From positions 1 through 64,000 of the forward strand of contig NIVC01001258.1 in NCBI GenBank assembly GCA_002269645.1: a stretch of DNA of 64,000 nt, in the 5' to 3' direction. Shown here piece by piece: positions 1-13,544 of this stretch (within the stretch, counting starts at the first letter, position 1; each line of letters starts with the position of its first letter). The notes beneath the pieces are model-generated. The model was not told the DNA's origin and did not search any database. It saw only the letters and a program-made list of their open reading frames with translations. Source of the DNA: Macrostomum lignano. Taxonomy: Eukaryota. The position numbers and the translations under genes were made by a program.

Positions 1-3000
1 CCACCAAGAGACAGGGGCGCCCACCAAGAGACAGGGGCGCTGACCAAGAGACAAGGGCGCTGACCAGAGACAGGGGCGCCCACCAAGGACAGGGCGCTGA
101 CCAAGAGACAGGGGGCGCTGACCAAGAGACAGGGGCGCCCACAAGAGACAGGGCGCTGACACGAGAGACAGGGGCGCTGACCAAGAGACAGGGGCGCTGA
201 CCAAGAGACAGGGGCGCTGACCAAGAGACAGGGGCGCCCACAAGAGACAGGGGCGCCCACCAAGAGACAGGGGCGCACAAGAGACAGGGCGCCACAGAGA
301 CAGGGGCGCCCACCAAGAGACAGGGGCGCGACGAGAGACAGGGGCGCCCTGACCAAGAGACAGGGCGCTGACCGAGAGACAGGGGCGCTGACCAAGAGAC
401 AGGGGCGCCACCAAGAGACAGGGCGCCCACCAAGAGACAATGGCGCTGACAGCAGGACAGGGCGCCCACAAGAGACAGGGGCGCACCAAGAGACAGGGGC
501 GCCACAAGAGACAGGGGCGCTGACGAGAGACAGGGGCGCCCACCAAGAGACAGGGGCGCCCACCAAGAGACAGGGCGCCACAAGAGACAGGGGCGCTGAC
601 CAAGAGACAGGGCGCTGACCAAGAGACAGGGGCGCTGACCAAGAGACAGGGGCGCCCACCAAGAGACAGGGCGCTACCAAGAGACAGGGGCGCCACCAAG
701 AGACAGGGGCGCTGACCGAGAGACAGGGGCGCTGACCAAGAGACAGGGCGCTGACCGAGAGACAGGGGCGCTGACCAAGAGACAGGGCGCCACCAAGAGA
801 CAGGGGCGCCCACCAAGAGACAGGGCGCTGACCAAGAGACAGGGGCGCTGACAAGAGACAGGGGCGCTGACCAAGAGACAGGGGCGCACCAAGAGACAGG
901 GCGTGACAAGAGACAGGGGCGCACCAAGAGACAGGGGCGCCCACCAAGAGACAGGGGCGCCAGCAAGAGACAGGGGCGCTGACGAGAGACAGGGGCGCTG
1001 ACAAGAGACAGGGGCGCTGACCAAGAGACAGGGGCCTGACCAAGAGACAGGGGCGCCCACAAGAGACAGGGGCGCCCACCAAGAGACAGGGGCGCCACCA
1101 AGAGACAGGGGCGCTGACCAAGAGACAGGGGCGCTGACCAAGAGACAGGGGCTGACCAAGAGACAGGGCGCTGCGAGAGACAGGGGCGCTGACCAAGAGA
1201 CAGGGGCCTGACGAGAGACAGGGCGCTGACCAAGAGACAGGGGCGCTGACCAAGAGACAGGGGCGCGACCAAGAGACAAGGCGCCCACAAGAGACAGCGG
1301 GCGCACCAAGAGACAGGGGCGCTGACGAGAGACAGGGCGCTGACAAGAGACAGGGGCGCCACCAAGAGACAGGGGCGCCACCAAGAGACAGGCGCTGACA
1401 AGAGCGGGGCGCCACCAAGAGACAGGGGCGCCCACCAAGAGACAGGGGCGCCCACCAAGAGACAGGGGCGCTGACCAAGAGGACAGGGCGCTGACCAAGA
1501 GACAGGGGCGCCCACCAAGAGACAGGGGCGCTGACCAAGAGACAGGGGCGCTGACCAAGAGACAGGGGCGCGACCAAGAGACAGGGGCGCTGACCAAGAG
1601 ACAGGGCGCTGACCAAGAGACAGGGGCGCCACCAAGAGACAGGGGCGCACCAAGAGAATGCGCTGACAAGAGACAAGGGCGCTGACCAAGAGACAGGGCG
1701 CCCACCAAGAGACAGGGGCGCCCCAAGAGACAGGGGCGCTGACCAAGAGACAGGGGCGCTGACCAAGAGACAGGGGCGCCCACCAAGAGACAGGGCGCTG
1801 ACCAAGAGACAGGGGCGCCCACCAAGAGACAGGGCGCTGACGAGAGACAGGGGCGCTGCAAGAGACAGGGGCGCCCACCAAGAGACAGGGGCGCCCACAA
1901 GAGACAGGGGCGCCCACCAAGAGACAGGGCGCTGACCAAGAGACAGGGCGCCACCAAGAGACAGGGGCGCGACCAGAGACAGGGCGCCCACCAAGAGACA
2001 GGGCGCCCACCAAGAGACAGGGGCGCTGACAAGAGACAGGGGCGCTGACCAAGAGACAGGGGCGCCACCAAGAGACAGGGGCGCTGACCAAGAGACATGG
2101 CGCTGACCAAGAGACAATGACGCTGACCAAGAGACAGGGGCGCCCACCAAGAGACAGGGGCGAAAGAGACAGGGGCGCCCACCAAGAGACAGGGCGCTGA
2201 CCAAGAGACAGGGGCGCCACCAAGAGACAGGGGCGCCCACCAAGAGACAGGGGCGCTGACCAAGAGACAGGGGCCCACCAAGAGAAAGGCGCTGACCGAG
2301 AGACAGGGCGCTGACCAAGAGACAGGGCGCTGACCGAGAGACAGGGGCGCTGACCAAGAGACAGGGCGCCCACCAAGAGACAGGGCGCTGACCAAGAGAC
2401 AGGGCGCCCACCAAGAGACAGGGGCGCGCACTAAGAGACAGGGCGCCCACCAAGAGACAGGGGCGCTGACGAGAGACAGGGCGCTGACCAAGAGACAGGG
2501 GCGCTGACCGAGAGACAGGGCGCTGACCAAGAGACAGGGGCGCCCACCAAGAGACAGGGGCGCCCACCAAGAGACAATGGCGCTGACCAAGAGACAGGGG
2601 CGCCCACCAAGAGACAGGGCGCCACAAGAGACAGGGGCGCCCACCAAGAGACAGGGGCGCTGACCGAGAGACAGGGGCGCTGACCAAGAGACAGGGCGCT
2701 GACGAGAGACAGGGCGCTGACAGACAGGGCGCTGCAAGAGACAGGGGCGCCCCAAGAGACAGGGCGCCCACCAAGAGACAGGGCGCTGACCAAGAGACAG
2801 GGGCGCTGACAAGAGACAGGGGCGCCACCAAGAGACAGGGGCGCTGACCGAGAGACAGGGCGCTGACCAAGAGACAGGGGCGCTGACCGAGAGACAGGGC
2901 GCGCTGACCAAGAGACAGGGGCGCCCACCAAGAGACAGGGGCGCCACCAAGAGACAATGGCGCTGACCAAGAGACAGGGGCGCCCACAAGAGACAATGGC

Positions 3001-6000
3001 GCTGACCAAGAGACAGGGGGCTGACCGAGAGACAGGGGCGCTGACCAAGAGACAGGGCGCCCACCAAGAGACAGGGGCGCTGACCAAGAGACAGGGGCGC
3101 ACAGGGCGCGCATAAGAGACAGGGCGCCCACCAAGAGACAGGGGCGCTGACGAGAGACAGGGCGCTGACCAAGAGACAGGGGCGCTGACGAGAGACAGGG
3201 GCGCTGACCAAGAGACAGGGGCGCCACCAAGAGACAGGGGGCCCACCAAGAGACAATGGCGCTGACCAAGAGACAGGGGCGCCCACCAAGAGACAGGGCG
3301 CCCACCAAGAGACAGAGAACAGGGGCGCTGACCGAGAGACAGGGGCGCACCAAGAGACAGGGGCCCACCAAGAGAAGGGCGCACCAAGAGACAGGGGCGC
3401 TGACCAAGAGACATGGCGCTGACCAAGAGACAGGGGCGCTGACCAAGAGACAGGGGCGCCCACCAAGAGACAGGGGCGCTGACCAAGAGACAGGGGCGGA
3501 GACAGGGGCGCTGACCGAGAGACAGGGGCGCTGACCAAGAGACAGGGGCGCTGACGAGAGACAGGGGCGCTGACCAAGAGACAGGGGCGCCCACCAAGAG
3601 ACAGGGGGCCCACAAGAGACAATGGCGCTGACCAAGAGACAGGGCGCTCACCAAGAGACAGGGGCCTGACCGACAGGGCGCCCACCAAGAGACAGGGGCG
3701 CTGACCGAGAGACAGGGGCGCTGACCAAGAGACAGGGGCGCCCACAAGAGACAGGGCGCCCACAAGAGACAATGGCGCTGACCAAGAGACAGGGGCGCCC
3801 ACAAGAGACAGGGGCGCGCACTAAGAGACAGGGGCGCCCACCAAGAGACAGGGGCGCCACCAAGAGACAGGGGCGCGCACTAAGAGACAGGGGCGCCCAC
3901 CAAGAGACAGGGGCGCCCCAAGAGACAGGGGCGCTGACCAAGAGACAGGGGCGCTGACCAAGAGACAGGGGCGCCCACCAAGAGACAGAGGCGCTGACCA
4001 AGAGACAGGGGCGCCCACCAAGAGACAGGGGCGCTGACCGAGAGACAGGGGCGCTGACCGAGAGACAGGGGCGCTGACCGAGAGACAGGGGCGCTGACCA
4101 AGAGACAATGACGCTGACCAAGAGACAGGGGCGCCCACCAAGAGACAGGGGCGCCCACCAAGAGACAGGGGCGCCCACCAAGAGACAATGGCGCTGACCA
4201 AGAGACAGGGGCGCCCACCAAGAGACAGGGGCGCCCACCAAGAGACAGGGGCGCTGACCAAGAGACAGGGGCGCCCACCAAGAGACAAGGGCGCTGACCG
4301 AGAGACAGGGGCGCTGACCAAGAGACAGGGCGCTGACCGAGAGACAGGGGCGCTGACCAAGAGACAGGGGCGCCCACCAAGAGACAGGGGCGCTGACCAA
4401 GAGACAGGGGCGCCCACCAAGAGACAGGGCGCGCACTAAGAGACAGGGACGCCCACCAAGAGACAGGGGCGCTGACCGAGAGACAGGGGCGCTGACCAAG
4501 AGACAGGGGCGCTGACCGAGAGACAGGGGCGCTGACCAAGAGACAGGGGCGCCCACCAAGAGACAGGGGCGCCCACCAAGAGACAATGGCGCTGACCAAG
4601 AGACAGGGGCGCCCACCAAGAGACAGGGGCGCCCACCAAGAGACAGGGGCGCCCACCAAGAGACAGGGGCGCTGACCGAGAGACAGGGGCGCCCACCAAG
4701 AGACAGGGGCGCCCACCAAGAGACAGGGGCGCCCACCAAGAGACAGGGGCGCTGACCAAGAGACAATGGCGCTGACCAAGAGACAGGGGCGCTGACCAAG
4801 AGACAGGGGCGCCCACCAAGAGACAGGGGCGCTGACCAAGAGACAGGGGCGCCCACCAAGAGACAGGGGCGCTGACCGAGAGACAGGGGCGCTGACCAAG
4901 AGACAGGGGCGCTGACCGAGAGACAGGGGCGCTGACCAAGAGACAGGGGCGCCCACCAAGAGACAGGGGCGCCCACCAAGAGACAATGGCGCTGACCAAG
5001 AGACAGGGGCGCTCACCAAGAGACAGGGGCGCTGACCAAGAGACAGGGGCGCCCACCAAGAGACAATGGCGCTGACCAAGAGACAGGGGCGCCCACCAAG
5101 AGACAGGGGCGCCCACCAAGAGACAGGGGCGCCCACCAAGAGACAGGGGCGCTGACCGAGAGACAGGGGCGCTGACCAAGAGACAGGGGCGCTGACCGAG
5201 AGACAGGGGCGCTGACCAAGAGACAGGGGCGCCCACCAAGAGACAGGGGCGCCCACCAAGAGACAGGGGCGCCCACCAAGAGACAGGGGCGCTGACCAAG
5301 AGACAGGGGCGCTGACCAAGAGACAGGGGCGCTGACCAAGAGACAAGGGCGCTGACCGAGAGACAGGGGCGCTGACCAAGAGACAGGGGCGCTGACCGAG
5401 AGACAGGGGCGCTGACCAAGAGACAGGGGCGCTGACCAAGAGACAGGGGCGCTGACCAAGAGACAAGGGCGCTGACCGAGAGACAGGGGCGCTGACCAAG
5501 AGACAGGGGCGCTGACCGAGAGACAGGGGCGCTGACCAAGAGACAGGGGCGCCCACCAAGAGACAGGGGCGCCCACCAAGAGACAATGGCGCTGACCAAG
5601 AGACAGGGGCGCTCACCAAGAGACAGGGGCGCCCACCAAGAGACAGGAGCGCCCACCAAGAGACAGGGGCGCTGACCAAGAGACAGGGGCGCTGACCAAG
5701 AGACAGGGGCGCCCACCAAGAGACAAGGGCGCTGACCGAGAGACAGGGGCGCCCACCAAGAGACAGGGGCGCTGACCGAGAGACAGGGGCGCTGACCAAG
5801 AGACAGGGCGCCCACCAAGAGACAGGGGCGCCCACCAAGAGACAGGGGCGCCCACCAAGAGACAATGGCGCTGACCAAGAGACAGGGGCGCCCACCAAGA
5901 GACAGGGGCGCGCACTAAGAGACAGGGGCGCCCACCAAGAGACAGGGGCGCCCACCAAGAGACAGGGGCGCCCACCAAGAGACAGGGGCGCCCACCAAGA

Positions 6001-8587
6001 GACAGGGGCGCCCACCAAGAGACAGGGGCGCGCACTAAGAGACAGGGGCGCCCACCAAGAGACAGGGGCGCCCACCAAGAGACAGGGGCGCTGACCAAGA
6101 GACAGGGGCGCTGACCAAGAGACAGGGGCGCCCACCAAGAGACAGAGGCGCTGACCAAGAGACAGGGGCGCCCACCAAGAGACAGGGGCGCTGACCGAGA
6201 GACAGGGGCGCTGACCAAGAGACAGGGGCGCTGACCAAGAGACAGGGGCGCTGACCAAGAGACAGGGGCGCCCACCAAGAGACAGGGGCGCCCACCAAGA
6301 GACAATGGCGCTGACCAAGAGACAGGGGCGCCCACCAAGAGACAGGAGCGCCCACCAAGAGACAGGGGCGCCCACCAAGAGACAGGGGCGCTGACCGAGA
6401 GACAGGGGCGCTGACCAAGAGACAGGGGCGCTGACCGAGAGACAGGGGCGCTGACCAAGAGACAGGGGCGCCCACCAAGAGACAGGGGCGCCCACCAAGA
6501 GACAGGGGCGCCCACCAAGAGACAGGGGCGCTGACCAAGAGACAGGGGCGCTGACCGAGAGACACGGGCGCCCACCAAGAGACAGGGGCGCTGACCAAGA
6601 GACAGGGGCGCTGACCAAGAGACAGGGGCGCTGACCGAGAGACAGGGGCGCCCACCAAGAGACAGGGGCGCTGACCGAGAGACAGGGGCGCTGACCAAGA
6701 GACAGGGGCGCCCACCAAGAGACAGGGGCGCCCACCAAGAGACAGGGGCGCCCACCAAGAGACAATGGCGCTGACCAAGAGACAGGGGCGCCCACCAAGA
6801 GACAGGGGCGCGCACTAAGAGACAGGGGCGCCCACCAAGAGACAGGGGCGCGCACTAAGAGACAGGGGCGCCCACCAAGAGACAGGGGCGCCCACCAAGA
6901 GACAGGGGCGCCCAACAAGAGACAGGGGCGCTGACCAAGAGACAATGGCGCTGACCAAGAGACAGGGGCGCTGACCAAGAGACAGGGGCGCCCACCAAGA
7001 GACAGGGGCGCTGACCAAGAGACAGGGGCGCCCACCAAGAGACAAGGGCGCTGACCGAGAGACAGGGGCGCTGACCAAGAGACAGGGGCGCTGACCGAGA
7101 GACAGGGGCGCTGACCAAGAGACAGGGGCGCCCACCAAGAGACAATGGCGCCCACCAAGAGACAAGGGCGCTGACCGAGAGACAGGGGCGCCCACCAAGA
7201 GACAGGGGCGCTGACCGAGAGACAGGGGCGCTGACCAAGAGACAGGGGCGCCCACCAAGAGACAGGGGCGCCCACCAAGAGACAGGGGCGCCCACCAAGA
7301 GACAATGGCGCTGACCAAGAGACAGGGGCGCCCTCCAAGAGACAGGGGCGCGCACTAAGAGACAGGGGCGCCCACCAAGAGACAGGGGCGCCCACCAAGA
7401 GACAGGGGCGCGCACTAAGAGACAGGGGCACCCACCAAGAGACAGGGGCGCCCACCAAGAGACAGGGGCGCCCACCAAGAGACAATGGCGCTGACCAAGA
7501 GACAATGGCGCTGACCAAGAGACAGGGGCGCTGACCAAGAGACAGGGGCGCCCACCAAGAGACAGGGGCGCTGACCAAGAGACAGGGGCGCCACCAAGAG
7601 ACAAGGGCGCTGACCGAGAGACAGGGGCGCTGACCAAGAGACAGGGGCGCTGACGAGAGACAGGGGCGCTGACCAAGAGACAGGGGCGCCCACCAAGAGA
7701 CAGGGGCGCCCACCAAGAGACAATGGCGCTGACCAAGAGACAGGGGCGCCCACCAAGAGACAATGGCGCTGACCAAGAGACAGGGGCGCCCACCAAGAGA
7801 CAATGGCGCTGACCAAGAGACAGGGGCGCCCACCAAGAGACAGGGGCGCCCACCAAGAGACAGGGGCGCTGACCGAGAGACAGGGGCGCTGACCAAGAGA
7901 CAGGGGCGCTGACCGAGAGACAGGGGCGCTGACCAAGAGACAGGGGCGCCCACCAAGAGACAGGGGCGCGCACCAAGAGACAGGGGCGCCCACCAAGAGA
8001 CAGGGGCGCCCACCAAGAGACAGGGGCGCGCACCAAGAGACAGGGGCGCCCACCAAGAGACAGGGGCGCCCACCAAGAGACAGGGGCGCGCACCAAGAGA
8101 CAGGGGCGCCCACCAAGAGACAGGGGCGCCCACCAAGAGACAGGGGCGCCCACCAAGAGACAGGGGCGCCCACCAAGAGACAGGGGCGCCCACCAAGAGA
8201 CAGGGGCGCCCACCAAGAGACAGGGGCGCGCACCAAGAGACAGGGGCGCCCACCAAGAGACAGGGGCGCCCACCAAGAGACAGGGGCGCCCACCAAGAGA
8301 CAGGGGCGCCACCAAGAGACAGGGGCGCCCACCAAGAGACAGGGGCGCCCACCAAGAGACAGGGGCGCCCACCAAGAGACAGGGGCGCCCACCAAGAGAC
8401 AGGGGCGCGCACTAAGAGACAGGGGCGCTGACCAAGAGACAGGGGCGCCCACCAAGAGACAGGGGCGCCCACCAAGAGACAGGGGCGCCCACCAAGAGAC
8501 AGGGGCGCCCACCAAGAGACAGGGGCGCCCACCAAGAGACAGGGGCGCGCACTAAGAGACAGGGGCGCCCACGAAGAGACAGGGGCG
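1..8587. repeat. Giant 20-bp minisatellite (CCACCAAGAGACAGGGGCGC / TGACCAAGAGACAGGGGCGC variants), >8.5 kb, running off the left edge
   Basis: Directly visible 20-bp period with interspersed variants (CCCACC, CTGACC, CTGACCG, CAATGGCG, GCGCACTA). Many 1-2 nt indels before ~3.9 kb, nearly clean afterwards. Confidence 0.99.
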
Positions 8588-8662
8588 GAAAAGCTACCGA
8601 GAAAGGACCATATGAGCAAAAATTTCGCCCGTATTTAAACAAAAAGTGATGCGTGCTGTGAC

Positions 8663-9062
8663 CTCGCAGCGACTGCACCACAAACTCGAACCAGGTGTTG
8701 GCCAGCGCCTGCACTGCGGGATAATTATCCCCATAGATGAGGTTCGGCAGCAGCGAGAAATGACAGGCCGCATTGAAATCGTCAACTCCGAACAGCGCTT
8801 TGAAGTACACAAAGATGTCGCCTCGGAGGTCCATCAGTGCGGCGGAGAACTCCCGAAACTCGTCCACATCGATACCGGAGATGTGCCGCTGCCACTCCAC
8901 CAGCACGTCCGCCGCCCAGGACCTCTGCTGGGACAGGTTGCTGGGCAGCGACTCCAGCAGTCGTTGGGGCAAGTTTACCGGCGCCAGCGCCATCACCAAT
9001 CCGGAAGCAGCAGCCGACAGCAAAGTGAACAGCACCAGGGGCACGGCTGAGCTAACGAACAT
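8663..9062 (-). CDS. First coding exon of an uncharacterised, probably secreted protein
   Basis: ATG at 9062. MFVSSAVPLVLFTLLSAAASG resembles a signal peptide, and codon style is GC-rich like the other exons. The donor GAG|GTCACA at 8662 is only a candidate, so the 3' boundary is uncertain. No family recognised. Confidence 0.55.
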
Positions 9063-9416
9063 TATACTAACTAGCTAGATGACACCATTGCTGCTTCAGC
9101 TATTCTTGCAGAAGCATTTTCTTTTCCTTCTGTCTAAAGAATTGGCTGTGTGAATTCCGACAGACGGACAGGTTTTTATACGAGCCGTATTAAATATTTG
9201 CGGACTGATAAGCCATCAGGGCATATGGGTTGGCTTGACAGGTCCTAAAAATCAGTACCCTGACTCCCCCCTACAGTAAGCAGCAACTCAAGCTGCGTGC
9301 ACCCACTGCATGCACCGGCCCTTCTTCCTCGCTGTTAAAACAAAATTATTGTCAGTCTCGTAGCAATAAATTCCATAATTTTGTGCACTAACACCTCAAA
9401 TTGAGCGACATTTGCA

Positions 9417-9933
9417 CGGGGCGATTCTCTCAGCGGTTTAGGGGCAATTCTCTAATGGGTTTAAAGGCGATTCTCTAATGGGTTTAGGGGCGATTATCTC
9501 AGGGGGTTTAGGGGCGACTCTCAAATGGGTTTAGGGGCGATTCTTTAATGGGTTAAAAGGCGATTCTCTAATGGGTTTAAAGGCGATTCTCTAATGGGTT
9601 TAAAGGCGATTCTCTAATGGGTTTAGGGGCGATTCTCTAATGGGTTTAGGGGCGATTCTCTAATGGGTTTAAAGGCGATTCTCTAATGGGTTTAGGGGCG
9701 ATTCTCTAATGGGTTTAGGGGCGATTCTCTAATGGGTTTAAAAGCGATTCTCTAATGGGTTTAGGGGCGATTCTCTAATGGGTTTAGGGCGATTCTCTAA
9801 TGGGTTTAGGGGCGATTCTCTAATGGGTTTAGGGGCGATTATCTCAGGGGGTTTAGGGGCGATTCTCAAATGGGTTTAGGGGCGATTCTCTAATGGGTTT
9901 AAAGGCGATTCTCTCAGGGGTTTAGGGGCGATT
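9417..9933. repeat. 23-bp minisatellite (GGGTTTAGGGGCGATTCTCTAAT)
   Basis: About 20 visible tandem units. Confidence 0.95.
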
Positions 9934-10614
9934 TAGGCTGCAGCCAGTCGAAGAACACAAATTCCGGTAAAAAATGCACACAAAGAACTTTAAAGCGTCT
10001 AAATTTTTTCTTTGAATATTGCTAAATTAATTTTAATGCGCTAAATTCTGACTATAATTCGACAATTTTAATTATAAAATAAGTCAGCTAATCTATTACT
10101 TGGAAAACATTGTTAGGCGAGAGCTACTAGATGCAATTTGTGCTTTATAGTGCAGCAGCAGAGGAAACACAAGGCCAAGACAGAAGAAAAATACAGGAAA
10201 AATGAGTCCATCTTTCTGAATCCAAAAAACATTGGCTATAAAAATCTGGTATAAATTTGTTCAAGTTCGAGTAATATGCCCATCAATCAGAGACTGCGCA
10301 GCCCATATGTTAATCACAGTTTGCAGATAAAAAATCAATCGTAATCATTTTGATCAGTTAGCAATGCAATTAATTAGCAAACTACTTAGTGATCAGTAGT
10401 GCGCACGAGTGTGTACTGAGAAATTTGACTGGCCTGTTGTTAGATCTATTTAGCAGAGAATATGTCAAAAAATCTAAATTGCTTGTTTTATGTGACCCCG
10501 ATGGCCCAAACGCAGTACTTACTGAATTCTAATTGTTTGCTAAGAAAAGTTAAAAGGAGATGTACAAGTAAGGTGTGAAAAAACAAAAAAAACTAGATAA
10601 AAACTTTCGCCTCA

Positions 10615-11150
10615 TTTTCACACCTTCCCTGTCAAATATAAAAACACCCACCCTAATTTCAGCTCCCCGACAAAGATAAAAACACCCGCCCCATTTTCAC
10701 ACCTTCCACGACTAAGATAAAAACACCCACCCCATTTTCACACCTTCCCCGACTAAGATAAAAACACCCACCCCATTTTCACACCTTCCCCGACTAAGAT
10801 AAAAACACCCACCCCATTTTCACACTTTCCCCGACTAAGATAAAAACACCCACCCCATTTTCACACCTTCCCCGACTAAGATAAAAACACCCACCCCATT
10901 TTCACACCTTCCCCGACTAAGATAAAAACACCCACCCCATTTTCACACCTTCCCCGACTAAGATAAAAACACCCACCCCATTTTCACACCTTCCCCGACT
11001 AAGATAAAAACACCCACCCCATTTTCACACCTTCCCCGACTAAGATAAAAACACCCAACCCCCATTTTCATACGTCCGACTAAGATGAAAACACCCACCC
11101 CATTTTCACACCTTCTCCAGGCTAAGAAAAAACACCCAACCCCAGACTAA
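10615..11150. repeat. 41-bp minisatellite (GACTAAGATAAAAACACCCACCCCATTTTCACACCTTCCCC)
   Basis: Tandem period 41 (10751 to 10792), downstream of the sideroflexin stop. Confidence 0.95.
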
Positions 11151-11356
11151 GATAAACACACACACGCTAATTTCACTGAAAAATATCCGCCGCTTTTCGA
11201 ACATTCACCAATAAAAAGAACGAAAAAACGACCACCAGATTTTTTGCGCTAACTGAAAAAGTAGCTATAACAAAAAACTTTTGCCTACATGTGAAATAAA
11301 AGTCAAATTATTTTTTCAGACACCAAAATCGCAGTGACAATTAAGTCGCCAGTAAT

Positions 11357-11860
11357 TTACAACCCCTTATTGTAATAGAGAACCTCGTCTGGTTTGCGAC
11401 CCTCCTTTAACAATCGATCCCTTAATGGGGCCTCCAAAGCCGACACCCGAACCGAAGCCATCTGAGGAAACAGTGCGCAGCACATGGGCGTGGCAAAGGT
11501 GAGAAATGCGCCACAGAGTAGCACCTGGATTGGAGCGCCTGACCAGGGAAATCTGGCTAGAAAGCCGGACCGCTCCAGCCGGTTCATCAGTATTGGCGGG
11601 ATCAGCATCCCGGGGGTTGCCATGCAGATCCGACTGAACACCACTTGGCCAATCGCGCGCTTGGCAGCGGCGGTGCTGTCACCCAACCGGCGGCCCTCGG
11701 AGTCCAGCACCGGGATGCCGGAGTCTAGCTCCTATGCAAACCAAGATCAAGGTATTGTAAACCTTTTTTGTTTTCGATACATATCGGCTCAATATTATCA
11801 GCGCCAACTGCCTTTCTGTCTTTCTGTCTGCTTGTCTGTCTGTCTGCTTGTCTGTCTGTT

Positions 11861-11891
<31 letters not shown>

Positions 11892-11944
11892 GTCTGTCTG
11901 TCTGTCTGTCTGTGTGTCTGCTTGTCTGTCTGTCTGTGTGTCTG

Positions 11945-12001
<57 letters not shown>

Positions 12002-13380
12002 GTCTGTCTGTCTGTCTGTGTGTCTGCTTGTCTGTCTGTCTGTCTGTCTGTCTCTGTCTGTCTGTCTGACACAGGAGGAAATCGCACAACAGCAGAGGCC
12101 AGCCGCATTACCTGGCTGCGCATGCAGGGAATATTGATGCAGTTGGCCACGGCCACGGCAGCAAAGGGCACGAAGCGGCCAATGAGCGGGGGGAAGCGGC
12201 CGACCTGCCGGTTAATCAGCAGGGCGGTCGACACCGCGCCGCCCGTGGCCAGCACGTAGCTGACGCCGAGTCTCTGCACTGAGATCGGTGAGTCTCCGCT
12301 CCTGTTAGTGTAATTAACCACGGCGTTAAATGTCTGATTGAACCACTGCCAGAATACCACTGCCGGGGTGCTTTTGTAAAATGTCATCATGCAGCCGGTG
12401 ATGGTCATGTTGCCAGGCACCTGAGGGGCGATGAGAAACGGTAAGTAACGGATCTATGTTGTAGTCTTAACACTTGTCTGAATACGACTGCCTTAATGAC
12501 GTAGCTACAAAGATATACTGTCTGTATGACGGCATTACAAGGATACTGTCTCAATGACGTCACTATAAGGATTATGTTTCAATGACGTCACTGCAAGAAT
12601 AGTGTCTTAATGACGTCACTACAGGGATACTGTCTCAATGACGTCACTATAAGGATTATGTTTCAATGACGTCACTGCAAGAATAGTGTCTTAATGACGT
12701 CACTACAGGGATACTGTCTCAATGACGTCACTATAAGGATTATGTCTCAATGACGTCACTGCAAGAATAGTGTCTTAATGACGTCACTACAGGGATACTG
12801 TCTCAATGACGTCACTATAAGGATTATGTTTCAATGACGTCACTGCAGGATAGTGCTTTAAGACGTCACTACAAGGATATCCCTTCTATGACGTCACTAC
12901 AAGGATACCGACTGTATCCTTCATAATAAGGATGATATTTTTTGGCGTCAATATATCGCGTCCAATTAGGTCACTACAAGGATACCCATCCTAATAGTTG
13001 TACTTTTAAAGATGGTGTATTTACAGCCTTAGAAAAATGTTTGTTATTAAGTTATTGACAATGACGTCACAATAAAACCAGCGCTGTGATGTTAGAACAT
13101 CCACCTGAAAGGACATCCTGCCGGGCAGGAACATCTTCTCTCCGGTGTCCGGGTGAAAGGCCGAATCATAGGTGTGCTTGGCCCGCCAAATGTCATCCGG
13201 CGTGAGTCCGGGCAGGTGTTCGCCAGCCTTGTACCTCACAACGATGTCCTTGGCTTTGTCCAATTCTTTACTAGTCTTGAACACGTTCAGTGGATTTGTG
13301 GTGATGAAGAAGTGCTTGGCCCGGCCTGTGTAGGTCGACTGGTCGAAGCGGGGTTTATCTAGATCGATTTTGGTCTCCAT
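11357..13380 (-). CDS. SFXN1: Sideroflexin (mitochondrial inner-membrane serine transporter family), 319 aa; exons 13380-13105, 12420-12112, 11731-11357
   Basis: Family motifs [88 protein letters not shown] and C-terminal YYNKGL. Both introns are GT-AG and phase 0. The symbol marks the family (SFXN1/3-like); the paralogue is not resolvable. Confidence 0.96.
11812..12069. repeat. (TCTG)n microsatellite in sideroflexin intron 2
   Basis: Direct observation. Confidence 0.97.
12495..12905. repeat. 28-bp minisatellite with an 84-bp trimeric higher-order unit; core units carry TGACGTCA; sideroflexin intron 1
   Basis: TGACGTCA every 28 bp from 12555 to 12835, plus 12889. Three alternating variants (ctataagg, ctgcaaga, ctacaggg). 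Confidence 0.95.
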
Positions 13381-13544
13381 GCTGGCTATTTTTAAATCGA
13401 AAATTTAACTCTGCAATTACGAGTATTACAGGTATTGTGCTCGCTAGTTAGTTGCACGTTGCCGTGGGCGCTGCAAGGCCGCAGGGAGGAATCAAGCAGT
13501 AAGGCCCAATCTGCTGACTCCTGATCCCACACACAGATACGCGT

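Noticed and set aside
674-8619. Very long minus-strand ORFs (up to 1579 aa, APVSWWAPLSLGGRPCLLV repeats)
   Set aside because: All three frames give the same peptide because the 20-bp unit lacks stops; artefact of the minisatellite.
8646-9078. Plus-strand ORFs antisense to exons here and at 28502-29131, 39006-40680 and 61799-62392
   Set aside because: Shadow ORFs caused by GC-rich codon usage on the true coding strand, or frame-shifted overlaps of real exons.
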